Source: Octopus sinensis (taxonomy: Eukaryota). Taken from it: DNA of 64,000 nucleotides. The stretch spans positions 26,784,001 to 26,848,000 of the forward strand of contig NC_043021.1 in NCBI RefSeq assembly GCF_006345805.1. Direction: 5' to 3'. The notes under the pieces are model-generated. The model ran no database searches and had not been told where the DNA came from. It saw nothing but the letters and a program-made list of their open reading frames with translations. Both the position numbers and the translations under genes were made by a program. This document shows positions 24,737 through 41,369 of the stretch, piece after piece. Position 1 is the stretch's first letter. The number at the start of each line of letters is the position of its first letter.

Positions 24737-26554
24737 AACAATAATTGACTGCAAAGAGTAGCAGAGGCTTCTATAGAAAGGTGAAAATGTTACTGGGTGT
24801 AATAACAATAAGAAAAGAGAGAAAAAGCTAAAACAAGATCCACTATACTAGGCCTAGCAATAGTGTTCTACAACACTAACCATTAGGATTATGGCAATAC
24901 ATTTGACCTACAGTTTCATGAAAGAGCAAAATATCACTGATGAAGTTTCTTATATTTAGAAAACGAAAAAAACATTTTCCTTACTGTGACAAATTCAGAT
25001 TTCATTATGGGTGGCAACCAAGAACAAGAAAAGCCAACCCCTGTAAGTCTGTTAATCAATTCATCACTCCAAAATGATAAGTTATTTACATAAATTTTTA
25101 TGGGTAAACATAAATATAAATGAATACCTATATATGCCTGAGGATGCACATGCACACACACACACAATATCATCATCATCGTTTAGCGTCCGCTTTACAT
25201 GCGGGCGTGGGTTGGATGGTGCAACTGGGGTCTGGGAAGCCAGAAGGCTGCACCAGGCCCTGTCTGATCTGGCAGTGTTTCTACAGCTGGATGCCCTTCC
25301 TAACGCCAACCACTCCGTGAGTGTAGTGGGTACTTTTTACGTGCCACCTGCACAGGTGCCAGACAAGGCTGGCAAATGGCCACGATTGGATGGTGCTTTT
25401 TTACGTGCCATGGGCACGGGGGCCAGACAAGGCTGGCAACGGCCACAATCGGATGGTGCTTTTTACGTGCCACCGGCACGGACACACACACACATATATT
25501 CCCTCTATACATGTATGTGGTTTCCTTCCCAAATCAACAGCATAGATCATTTGCTTACAAGGCAGTTATGAATTAGGCTAGCACCAGGGCAGATACTCTA
25601 ATTTGTATATTTGTGCTTTTGAAGGTTCATCATTAATTGAACGATATTTATTTATGTATAACACATTGTCAATTAGAAGAACTAAAATAAATTTCTAAAC
25701 TATGATGCTTCACTGTAGGTTAAATAAGAAGGGAAGGAAAATGAGCGGATGGTGTTTCTTGATGGACTGTTTCATGGATTGCTGATCACTCCTCAGAGAA
25801 AATGCACTTGGCTTCAGTACACAACCAACAGCATAGATTGGCTGCTTTAAAAGTAATCATAAATTAATTGAACTTAGGAGGAAATAAAGTCAAGACAATA
25901 TTGGTGAAGATTTGAGTTTAGAAGCAGAGGGCCAAAATTAAATAATGCCATTCTTTGTGGTGTGTAGCAATACAAATAATCTAGAGTGTTCTTCATTGTT
26001 AAAGACAATGGAGTTTCATTAAGGGAGAATTTAGCAGTACATGGACAAGTGGTTTAGATATTACACTCATCATTGTAAGGTAATGGTTTCAATTCCCAAA
26101 CCAAACAGTGCATTGAATTCTTGAGCAAAACCCTTCATGCTGCACCAGTACACTAAGTTGTAAATGCATTCAAGCAGTATCTGGAAAGTTTATCCAGTGA
26201 AGGACTGGTGTCCCATTCAGGGTGGGGAAAAGATATTGTAATCTCAGCCATGAGAATCAGATTAATGTCTGGGCTTTATAAATGCTGGGGCTTATGACAG
26301 AGCTAAGAATGCTAAAAATTCCTGGCAGGTTTATGTGGTCTAGTGGTAAGAGTGTTGGACTCATGATTGTAAATTGTTGGACTCATGATTTCAATTCCTG
26401 AACTAGGCAATGCATTGTGTTCTTGCACAAAACACTTCATTTCACATTGCTCCAGTCCACTCAGCAGACACAAATGAGTAATCCTTGCAACAGATCAGCA
26501 TCCTGTCCAGAGGGTAACAATATATATATATATATAATATATATATATATATAT

Positions 26555-27699
26555 GCAATAGAAACTGGGAAACAAGCCATTATGCGTCCATAGGGCTGAA
26601 GAAGGATGGCTTGTCCTTTATCTCTTTTACTTGTTTCAGTCATTTGACTGTGGCCATGCTGGAGCACCACCTTTAGTTGAGCAAATCGACCCCAGGACTT
26701 ATTCTTTGTAAGCCTAGTACTTATTCTATCAGTGTCTTTTGCCAAACCGCTAAGTTACGGGGATGTAAACACACTAGCATCAGTTGTCAAGCGATGTTGG
26801 GGGGGCATAAACACAGACACAGAAACATATATATACATACATACAACAGGCATCTTTCAGTTTCCGTCTACCAAATCCACTCACAAGGCTTTGGTCAGCC
26901 TGAGGCTATAGTAGAAGACACTTGCCCAAGGTGCCACGCAGTAGGACTAAACCCGGAACCATGTGATTGTTAAGCAAGCTACATACCACACAGCCACTCC
27001 TACGCCTATTATATGTATGTGTATATATATATATGTGTATATATATTTTATATATACATATATATATGTATATATATATATACGTATATATATGTATATA
27101 TATATATATATAATATATATATATAATATATATATATATATTGATATTGATATATATATATATAATGATATTGATATATATATGTATATATATATATATA
27201 ATGATATTGATATATATATATAATATATATATATATATATGCAATAGAAACTGGGAAACAAGCCATTATGCGTCCATAGGGCTGAAGAAGGATGGCTTGT
27301 CCTTTATCTCTTTTACTTGTTTCAGTCATTTGACTGTGGCCATGCTGGAGCACCACCTTTAGTTGAGCAAATCGACCCCAGGACTTATTCTTTGTAAGCC
27401 TAGTACTTATTCTATCAGTGTCTTTTGCCAAACCGCTAAGTTACGGGGATGTAAACACACTAGCATCAGTTGTCAAGCGATGTTGGGGGGGGATAAACAC
27501 AGACACAGAAACATATATATACATACATACAACAGGCATCTTTCAGTTTCCGTCTACCAATCCACTCACAAGGCTTTGGTCAGCCTGAGGCTATAGTAGA
27601 AGACACTTGCCCAAGGTGCCACGCAGTAGGACTAAACCCGGAACCATGTGATTGTTAAGCAAGCTACATACCACACAGCCACTCCTACGCCTATTATAT

Positions 27700-27710
<11 letters not shown>
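26555..27710. repeat. Tandem duplication, period ~686 bp, each unit containing a SINE-A copy and (TA)n
   Basis: gcaatagaaactgggaaacaagcc.. starts at 26555 and 27241; unique parts nearly identical. Confidence 0.9.
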
Positions 27711-29445
<1,735 letters not shown>

Positions 29446-29476
29446 TACGCGAGAAAGAAGCAACAAGAATGGATAG

Positions 29477-29572
29477 GTATTTAGTACGATCGTTTCATAC
29501 AAGGACAGGTTTTATTAAAAGTTGCAAAGATTACAGCATATAAACGAGTCCTGTACTCATCAGCTAAAATAC
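29477..29572 (-). ncRNA. Type I hammerhead ribozyme motif (left palindrome arm)
   Basis: Minus strand GTATTTTAG-CTGATGA-GTACAGGAC..GTCCTTGTAT-GAAAC-GATC-GT-A-CTAAATAC. Confidence 0.7.
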
Positions 29573-30587
29573 ATGTAAGTTCTCTAGACATCCTAGTGTT
29601 TGAGGCTATACTCATGAAGTAATGTAGATAATTAAACAGATTTCTAAAGTTCATTAAAGTTCTTTAAAGATGATGTACAGTCTTATCACAGAATTTTAAA
29701 AAAGTTTTGATAGCATCACAGAGAAGGACCTAATCCATATGAATTTCCATAGATATGATGAGGGATTATATACTCACAGAAGACAAATTTATCCATTGTT
29801 AATTACAACGAGGTGGGTCTCATTCCTGCTTATTAGCATTACAGAGAGGGTGAATTAATCCTTTGTATATATGCACAGATTCCAATGGTGTAGATGTAAA
29901 TTTCCAGAGAAATGGAGATGAATTTCATATTCACAGGCGATAAATTTTACAATGGTTGAACACAATGAGGTAGGTATCAATCCTTGTTATATGATTAGGT
30001 GTTTGCCACATTAATCACATTACTGCTATTCACAAGAGGCTGTAGCTATTTAACTCTTAAAGGCTGAAGGGCTTACTAGATCGGCCAAGCCCTTCAGCCT
30101 TTAAGAGTTAAATAGCTACAGCCTCTTGTGAATAGCAGTAATGTGATTAATGTGGCAAACACCTAATCATATAACAAGGATTGATACCTACCTCATTGTG
30201 TTCAACCATTGTAAAATTTATCGCCTGTGAATATGAAATTCATCTCCATTTCTCTGTAAATTTACATCTACACCATTGGAATCTGTGCATATATACAAAG
30301 GATTAATTCACCCTCTCTGTAATGCTAATAAGCAGGAATTGGGACCCACCTCGTTGTAATTAACAATGGATAAATTTGTCTTCTGTGAGTATATAATCCC
30401 TCATCATATCTATGGAAATTCATAGGATTAGGTCACCTTCTCTGTGATGCTATCAAAACTTTTTAAAATTCTGTGATAAGACTGTACATCATCTTTAAAG
30501 AACTTAATGAACTTTAGAAATCTGTTTAATTATCTACATTACTCATGAGTATAGCCTCAAACACTAGGATGTCTAGAGAACTTACAT

Positions 30588-30682
30588 GTATTTTAGCTGA
30601 TGAGTACAGGACTCGTTTATATGCTGTAATCTTTGCAACTTTTAATAAAACCTGTCCTTGTATGAAACGATCGTACTAATAC
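30588..30682 (+). ncRNA. Type I hammerhead ribozyme motif (right palindrome arm)
   Basis: CTGATGA 30597-30603; stem II GTACAGGAC/GTCCTTGTAT; GAAA 30664-67; palindromic stem III ACGATCGT; GTA triplet ending 30675; stem I gtattttag/ctaatac. Confidence 0.7.
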
Positions 30683-30829
30683 CTATCCATTCTTGTTGCT
30701 TCTTTCTCGCTTATAATCACCCCACATTACTGTATTGTTAAATCAGTATAGTTTTTTTTGTGGTGCATCTAAGTTAGGTACCATATCAAGTAAATTTTTT
30801 TAAATTAACTTGAATCTTTATTGCTCTTT

Positions 30830-32135
<1,306 letters not shown>

Positions 32136-33758
32136 ATCCTCCTAAAAGCATGTAAGAGAGTCCTAGCAAGACCACTGCAGTTCCTCTTTCAGAGCTTCCT
32201 TGCAGCTGGCAAACTTCCAGGAAAACTGAAGGAAGGTAAAATATGCCCCATTCATAAAGGAGGTAGCAGAGCGGAAGCCAGAACTATAGACCTATCTCTC
32301 TGACCTCACACATCAGCAAGGTCATGGAACGAATAGTCAGAAGGAAGCTGATCACCTTCCTTGAAGAGAATGACTTGCTGCCCGACACCCAACATGGTTT
32401 CCGACCAGGGAGAAGCTGTTTAACTCAGCTCCTACAACACCATGACTGGGTGCTGAAACGGCTGCTCAACCACTCAAATGTGGAAGTGATATATCTCGAC
32501 TTTGCAAAGGCCTTTGATAAAGTCGATCATGGAATGATATGTCACAAACTGCGTGATCTCAACATAGTTGGAAAACTGGAGAATGGCTTCATGACTTTCT
32601 GAAGGATAAGTCAGGTGGTAGTAGCCAATGGGGCCACCTCCATTAACACACAAATAGTGAGCGGTGTTCCGCAGGGCACTGTTCTGGGACCACTACTGTT
32701 CATAATGGCCCTCTCAGACATGCCCTCAGCCACGCAGAGAGCCACGATCACAAGTTATGCAGATGATACAAAAGTTTCACAGGCAATACAGAACCCTGAG
32801 GACACTAAACACCTGCAATGTGAGCTGGACCGAAATATACAAGTGGGCTGAAAAGAATAGCATGCAGTTCAATGCTGGAAAGTTTCAAGCTTTATACTAT
32901 CAGCATGCAAAACTGAATGCAATACCCAATGAATACACTGGACCTGGAGGGATTGCAATCCCAGAGGCACAATCAGTGCATGACCTGGGTATTCACATGA
33001 GTGATGACGCGACCTTTCATGTACATGTTGCTAAACTGACAATGAAATGTAGACGGCTGGCTGGATGGATTCTTAGAACCTTTAGAACAAGAGAACAAGA
33101 AACCATGATGGTCCTCTGGAAGACACTTGTCCTAAGCCACTTTGACTATTGCTCTCAGCTATGGTCACCATCCAGTGTCAAGTTGATCACAGAACTTGAG
33201 GCGATCCAACGAAGCTACACAAAGAAGATAGCCTCTATGCAGAATGTAAGCTACTGGGAAAGACTCAAGAGATTAAAATTATATTCCCTGGAGCGTAGGC
33301 GGGAAGATATGCCATAATATACATCTGGAAGATCCTGGAGGGAAGTGTCCTGAACTTTGGCATCGAGAGTTACGCAAATGCCAGAACTGGGCGCCACTGC
33401 GTGGTGCCTAGGACTCCAAACCTGCCATCAAGATGTAGGACAAGATTCTGTGATAGCCTGGGTTTCCGAGGCCCACAGCTCTTCAATATCCTCCCAAAGA
33501 ACCTGAGAGACCTGCATGGGGTGGATACAGATGTCTTTAAAATGAAGCTGGATCCTTTCCTGTCAGGTGTCCCAGATGAACCACTTCACGGCAGGAGGGG
33601 CAGATGAGGGCAGCTGCATCGAACTCTCTCATGCACCAAATAGCAGTTGCTAGAAACCCTCCATGAAGTGAAACCAAGTAGCAACACCAAATGGCGGTGC
33701 CCCAGCATGGCCACAGCTCATAAGCTGAAACTAGAATCAATCAATCAATCCATCAATC
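32136..33758 (+). mobile_element. 5'-truncated CR1-clade LINE (RT domain to 3' tail), frameshifted
   Basis: KGGSR..YRPISLTSHISKVMERIV, QHGFRPGRSCLTQL, YLDFAKAFDKVDH, SGVPQGTVLGPLLF, SYADDTKV, LSHFDYCSQLWSP, LKLYSLERRR; 3' UTR ends ggcggtgccccagcatggccacagctcataagctgaaac followed by (AATC)n. Confidence 0.95.
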
Positions 33759-33759
33759 A

Positions 33760-33864
33760 TCATATATATATGTATATATATATATGTATATATAATATAT
33801 ATATGTATAATATATATATATATATAGTATATATATATATATTATATATATATATACATATATG

Positions 33865-33898
<34 letters not shown>

Positions 33899-33941
33899 CA
33901 TATATGTATATATAATATATATATATAGATATACTATAATG

Positions 33942-33972
<31 letters not shown>

Positions 33973-34049
33973 GTATATAATATATATATGATATATATAA
34001 TTATGTAATATATATATATATATATAATATATATATATGTATATTAATA

Positions 34050-34098
<49 letters not shown>

Positions 34099-34116
34099 CA
34101 TATATGTTATATATAT

Positions 34117-34162
<46 letters not shown>

Positions 34163-34220
34163 ATATATATATATATATATAATATATATATATATATGTA
34201 TATATATTATATATATATAT

Positions 34221-34252
<32 letters not shown>

Positions 34253-34514
34253 ATATATTATATATATATATGTATAATGTATATTATGTATATATATGTA
34301 TATCTATGTATATATATATATATATATGTATTATATGTATATATATATGTATATATATGTATATATATATATGTATATAATGTATTATATATATATATAT
34401 GTATATATATGTATATATAGTATATATATATATATATATATATTGTATATATAATGATATTGATATATATATTATATGTATATATATATATAATGTATAT
34501 ATATATATATATAT

Positions 34515-34545
<31 letters not shown>

Positions 34546-34829
34546 TATATATGTATATATATATGTATATATGTATATATATATGTATATATGTATTATT
34601 ATTATATATGTATATATATACATATTTATATTATTACATATATGTATAATCATTATGTATATATACATATATGTATATATACATATGTATATATAGATAT
34701 ATGTATATATAGATATATGTATATAATATATATATGTATATATAGATATATGTATATATAGATATATGTATATATAGATATATGTATATATATAGATATA
34801 TGTATATAATATATATGTAATATAATATG

Positions 34830-34872
<43 letters not shown>

Positions 34873-34882
34873 GTATTATATA

Positions 34883-34950
<68 letters not shown>
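33760..34950. repeat. ~1.2-kb (TA)n-based microsatellite
   Basis: Direct inspection. Confidence 0.97.
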
Positions 34951-34954
<4 letters not shown>

Positions 34955-35094
34955 CTGTCGAAGAGCTTAGGCTCGAAACGTAAAAGACTTGTTTTTTTTC
35001 TATTCCTCAGCGCCATACTAATACAACTGTTTGTTTGTACTGCACCTGCCTTCGTCTTTTGTTTATTTTCGTAAACCTTCCCATTATATATATG

Positions 35095-35095
<1 letters not shown>
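34951..35095 (+). mobile_element. Penelope-like terminal repeat fragment starting with a minimal hammerhead-like motif
   Basis: tttt-CTGTCGA-a-GAGC-ttag-GCTC-GAAAC-GT-A-aaag; core has T at the normally invariant A6 position. Confidence 0.5.
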
Positions 35096-35126
<31 letters not shown>

Positions 35127-35645
35127 CAATAGAAACTGGGAAATCAACCCTTATGAGTCCATAGGGTTGAAGAAGGATGGTTTGTCCTTTTTTAACAACC
35201 AGATAGAGACTACTACATTAGGTTGTGGTAATAGAAAGGCTTTGTCAAACTAACTTACTCTAGTCACACATATATATAGATATGGTCTTCTAGAGATGTT
35301 GTCTCCAAAGATCTTCCTCCCACCCATGACCACCACTTAACAAAAATCAATGTGACATTATGACATGCAACACTATATGGTATAGTACAACAGCAACAAC
35401 AACAGCAGCTATAACAAGACATTTATATCACAGAAGATATCACTGTAATAACATCATCATCATCATCATCAATAGCAGCAGCACCATAAACTGAACACAT
35501 CAAGACATAGATATGGTGACATGAAGCTTCACCACTACATAAACATCCAGCTGTTACAACACATTGACTGCACACAAGAAACTGACCACCTGTCACTTTC
35601 AGCCTCACTCTTTCACTCTCTCTAACTCTTTCTTGTTCTCCCCCC

Positions 35646-35676
<31 letters not shown>

Positions 35677-36020
35677 CTAAACTCATGGCAGTTGAAAGGA
35701 TTCATGATGACACCCATTAGAATATATACAGCATTAGAAAACACACACACACACACAAACACAGCCGCACAAACATAGTCACACATCCACAGATGCATGC
35801 GAGTGTGTATGAGTGCATGTTTGGCTATTATAATACAACAACAACAATAACGGCAGCAACAAAAACAATGAAAAACAAAAAGCACACAAATGAAACACAA
35901 TTTAAAAGACTGTAAAGGCAGCAGCTAGAATTGGAATGGCAGTGTTGATAGTCTGTGTTTTCAAGCAGAGAAGAAAGATATACTGGCAAATGGATGGATG
36001 GATGGATGGATGGATGGATG

Positions 36021-36054
<34 letters not shown>

Positions 36055-36199
36055 GAGAGAGACCAGGATGATATGGGATGAAATAGAAGCAAAATTACAA
36101 AATGCAAAAATGATATAAAAATTTAAAAACTAATAACTGAGAATAATTTATCAATATATATATGCACATATGTATGAATGTGTGTGTATATGTGTATAT

Positions 36200-36245
<46 letters not shown>

Positions 36246-36624
36246 TATAGATATATATGTATATATATATATCTGTGTGTGTGTGTGTGCATGTGTGTGT
36301 ATAAACATATATCTTTATATATATATACATACACACACACATATACACACACATTTGTGTTGTATCTATTGTGTATAGATTACATATGAATATATATGTA
36401 TATATACATGCATAATAGGATAAAAAGTATATATGCTATCTACTTATGATAAAATATAAGCTCAAACATATATATTCACATAGATATATACACACACACA
36501 TATATATTTATGCATAAATATATTTATATATATATTGTTGCATATAAAACCTGAAATACAATAAACATAAATAAATGTAGATAAAACAAAATAAACTGAA
36601 ATAGTAATAAGCCAAAATGTCCAC

Positions 36625-36666
<42 letters not shown>

Positions 36667-36843
36667 TTATTCCTTTTCTCACTTATGCAACAACAATAAA
36701 AACAACAACAAAAACAAAGCTGAAGAAGAATTCATTCACACTTATATATATTATAGCATACATATATATTTACATGCATATACGTATTTATAATAATAAT
36801 AATAAATAATAATAATAATAATGATAACAATAATAATAATAAT

Positions 36844-36908
<65 letters not shown>

Positions 36909-38009
36909 CATATATACATGTGTATACATATATATATGCCATTATATTGCGCAGCCAGAGCAGCAGCATACAGCAAAAGCAAAGAACAAAAATTGATGAA
37001 GGTAAATGGTGAAGAGGTGAATTCTGCTAATCATGAGTCAACCAAAAGTTTCACGAGAGTTGCCAAATAACAAGAATTTATTCAATACAAAGCTAAAAAT
37101 AATTATAAATGATACATATAAACTTAAAAAGTTAATCTGTAATTAGAAATTTTAAGATCTTTATAATGAATAAGAAAAAAAAGAAAAAACATATATTTTA
37201 TAAATTGCCTTCTTTGATCTTTGATTTAATATCCAGACTTCTAATATAGATATAATTATCTCCCTTACAATAACTGGCCACCAGGTTGCACCACATGTTT
37301 AAGATATTTAAACCATTTTTCTAAAAAACATAATATAAATATAATGTAACTTTTGTTTAAAAATAAGACAAAAAGAAAAACACATTTCATGAATGTCTTG
37401 CAAATTGTAATTATTTTCCATCTATAAGAAATATCTTGCTTTGTAAAATGTTTAATGTAGTTTAACTTATTTAACTTGAGCTATATCACACTGATGATTT
37501 GAAATAAGAATGAAATGGTGCTATACATAATTATCTATAATTAGAAATTTCAAGATCTTTGTAATGAGTTAGAAAATGGCTAAATATGCATATTTGATAC
37601 ATCTTCATTGGTTTTTGATTAAAAATTAAAATTTCTTGTGCTAAAATTTTGTACAGTGAAACTTTTGTTAAAATAAAACTTTAACTAAAGAAAATTTTTT
37701 TCCAAAACATGATTTATGGTGAAACAAGACTTTTGCAAAAATAATAAAAGTTTTAAAATATTTCTTTTATTCTTTCATTTATTTCAGTCATTTGACTGTG
37801 GTCATGCTGGAGCACCGCCTTTAGTCGAGTAAATCAATCCCAGGACTTATTCTTTGTAAGCCTAATACTTATTCTATCGGACTCTCTTGCTGAACCGCTT
37901 AGTGATGGGGACGCAAACACACCAGCATCGGTTGTTAAGCAATGTTGGGGGACAAACACAGACACACATGCAGACACACACACACACACACACATATATA
38001 AATAAATAA

Positions 38010-38893
38010 AAGGCAGATTGTATGACGCATGTGTACAAACAGCCATGCTACATGGCAGTGAAACATGGGCCGTGACTGCTGAGGATATGCGTAAGCTCGC
38101 AAGAAATGAAGCCAGTATGCTCCGATGGATGTGTAATGTCAGTGTTCATACTTGACAGAGTGTAAGTACCTTGAGAGAAAAGTTGGACCTAAGAAGCATC
38201 AGTTGTGGTGTGCAAGAGAGACGTTTGCGCTGGTATGGTCATGTGACGAGAATGGATGAAGATAGTTGTGTGAAAAAGTGCCACTTCCTAGCGGTTGAGG
38301 GAACCTGTGGAAGAGGTAGACCCAGGAAAACCTGGGACGAGGTGGTGAAGCACGACCTTCGAACTTTAGGTCTCACCGAGGAAATAACTAGAGACCGAGA
38401 CCTATGGAAGTATGCTGGGCGTGAGAAGACCCGGCAGGACAAATGAGACCATAACCCATGGCCTCTACCTGGGATGTAGCCAGTCCACTTATGCATGCCT
38501 TTCCTTCTTGGGACACAAAACTCCACTTGTGAAGACCTGTTGAGGCAAGTGGAAATCAGAACCAAAATCGAAATCGATCAACATTAATGGAAATTGTAGC
38601 TGTGATACCAGTGCCGGTGGCATGTAAGAGAACCATCCGAACATGGCCGTTGCCAGCGCCGCCCTGACTGGCCTCCATGCCGATGGCACGTAAAAAGCAC
38701 CATCTGATCATGGCCGTTTGCCAGCTCTGTCTGGCACCTGTGCCGGTGGCATGTAAAAAGCACCCACTACACTCACGGAGTAGAAACACTGCCAGATCAG
38801 ACTGGGCCTGGTGCAGCCTTCTGGCTTCCCAGACCTCAGTTGAACCGTCCAACCCATGCTAGCATGGAAAGCAGACATTAAACGATGATGATA
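38010..38893 (+). mobile_element. RTE-clade LINE 3' fragment (ORF end, 3' UTR, (GAT)n), nested inside a SINE-A copy
   Basis: GRLYDACVQTAMLHGSETWA..RRLRWYGHVTRM..GRGRPRKTWDEVVKHDL..RDRDLWK; SINE-A tail half at ~37780-37995 and head half at ~38945-39110 flank it. Confidence 0.92.
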
Positions 38894-39619
38894 TATATAT
38901 ATATATATTATATATATATATACACATACACATGTATATGCATGACGGGCTTCTTTCAGTTTGCGTTTACCAAATCCACTCACAAGGCTTTGGTCGGCCC
39001 AAGGCTATATTAGAAGACACTTGCCCAAGGTGCCATGCAGTGGGACTGAACCCAGAACCATGTGGTTGGTAAGCAAGCTACTTTGCCACACATCCACTCC
39101 TGCACCTAGTATCTTAACTTTTCTTTCTTTTGTAAAATAAGAATTTTGTTTAGACAAAATGATTTCTGTTAAAATACAACTTTTGCCAAAATACAAATTT
39201 CACTGAAACATAATCTCAACTTCTAGCAAATTTAATAATTTTTTTTCTAAAAAAACTCATAGCATTTTAAAAACTATTTCAGTTATTACCTTTCCTCTCA
39301 ATATAACCCTAATTTTTTTCTTTTTATCCTACTATGATGACAACGTTGACAATGGTGATGATGACAACAATGACCACCATGACCACCACCAAATTCTCCA
39401 CCATCATTATTTCCACAACTAGCACAATCAACACTGGAGCTGCTATGTTGTCATATGAACTGCAGCCAAACCTTCCTCAAATAACATCCTCACCATCCTA
39501 GAAAAAACATTGGATAATGTTGCCCTGTGGTTTCTTGCACATTGGGAAAAAATAACACTGTCACAGGTGGAAAGCTTTTAACCATAGATGTGCTCAGTCA
39601 CATTCAACCTAGGGCTAGA

Positions 39620-40010
39620 CATCAACTCTCCTCAAATCTCAAGAGTCTTTCTGAAGATTCTTGCAGAATATAGGATGGTACTTTCTGCAAGTCAACAATG
39701 CAAGTTTCATTTCTAATTCCTTTCAGGCAGCATTTTGGATGTTGTGCCAAGAGCACCTTTTACTACAGAAATAATTGTTGTCTTGGTCTTCCACAGTCTC
39801 CTCAGCATTCTGGCTAGATTTTGGGATTTCTCAATGATTTCAGTTTCCTTGGTACTGACTCTGCTATCATAGAAAATTGAAAAGTCTTGCACCATTTGCT
39901 TTTTTTGTCCTCTATAATCATGCCTGGTCTTCTTGCCTCAATAGTATGGTCAGCCTTTAAAGGAAAGTCCTACAAGATGTTGTAATTCTCATTCTCTATC
40001 ACAGCCTGTT
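39620..40010 (-). mobile_element. Degenerate R4/Dong endonuclease-domain fragment
   Basis: NYNIL*DFPLKADHTIEARRP..DFSIFYDSRV..RRLWKTKTTIISVVKGALG. Confidence 0.75.
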
Positions 40011-40981
40011 TACTATTTTTTTAAAAGTCACATACTTGACTAACATCCTAATGCACCTTTTTGCCTACACTCATATCTACACTTGTATCCCTTTTGTGCT
40101 AGTCTCTTGCACTTACTCAAAACGTGATCAGTACTCTCATCCTTTTCTGCAGATTTTATATTTGTTGTCTGACTGGGCTTTGATGATCTTTACCCTGATC
40201 AAAGCTTTCATCCAGTTGTGCACTAGAATCAATGTAATCGACTAGCATGACTCTCCTAAAAAATTTCAAGCCTTCTACCTATACTAAAGAGGATTGTTGT
40301 TGCTGTTATCATTATAGTAGTGGCCAGTAGAATTTGTAGAATGCTGGACAAAGTAACTTGTACTGTTTAGCTACTTAGTTAATATCCCTTTATATTTTTC
40401 CTTTAAAACATTGCAAAGTTTGACTTTGCTTTTCTTCCTGTTGCTGGGCCTAGTTCAATGATCAAAGACATTCCAACTGTAACCATACACTTTAAAGCTT
40501 GCCAATGCAAGATAATGTCATGCATGAAGAATAAAAACTGGACAAACTAACACCATGACTCAAAGCTAATAAGAATCAACACACCTATATATACACACAT
40601 ACAAAGACCCACACATACATGGTTACAGGCGGGTGCCACATTCACATCATGATGAGCCCACTACAGTGCATTGTCATAGAAATGCACCCCCCTCCAACAG
40701 CCTCTCCTTAGCTTAACTTCATCTGGACCTTCCTAGTATGAGTAAGTATATACACAACCACACACACAATTACACTTACAGATGCACTCACACATATAAA
40801 TATGAGTACACATGTACCAAGATAAAGACCAATGTGTGTATGTTTATGTGTGTATGTGTGTGTGTATCACATCACATACTCAGACTGTGTACAAACATGC
40901 AAAACACAAAATACAGAATAAGTCATACATCTGTGTGTGTATGTATGTGCATGTAAGTCTCTCTCTCCCCCTCTCTCTCAC

Positions 40982-41016
<35 letters not shown>

Positions 41017-41369
41017 AAACATACATTAATACATATATATATAAATATATATATACATATGTATATATGCATGTTGTGCATATATATATATATATGCATT
41101 TATATACATTGTATATATGTATGTGTGTATGATGTATGTATGTAAATACACACACACACATGCACAAATGCACATAAACATACACATGGACAGAAGCACA
41201 TACATTCACCACCAAGATACCATCACTATCACATATACACATACCCATATAAATGCACACACATCATGTGAAAAGCCAGAGGTTACATTACTGTAGAATA
41301 AGATTCCTTTCGGAAAACTTGTGGTTTTTAGCCAGAGGAATGGATTCTGGTTCACTTATTGATTGAAAG

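Larger units (their letters stand above)
29449..30710. repeat. Long palindrome: arms 626 and 624 bp, 12-nt spacer
   Basis: 29449-30074 is the reverse complement of 30087-30710, about ten differences by eye, mostly 1-bp indels; spacer actagatcggcc. Confidence 0.97.

Noticed and set aside
32324-33607. Intact reverse transcriptase gene
   Set aside because: Several frameshifts and 5' truncation; a CR1 relic, not an active or domesticated ORF.
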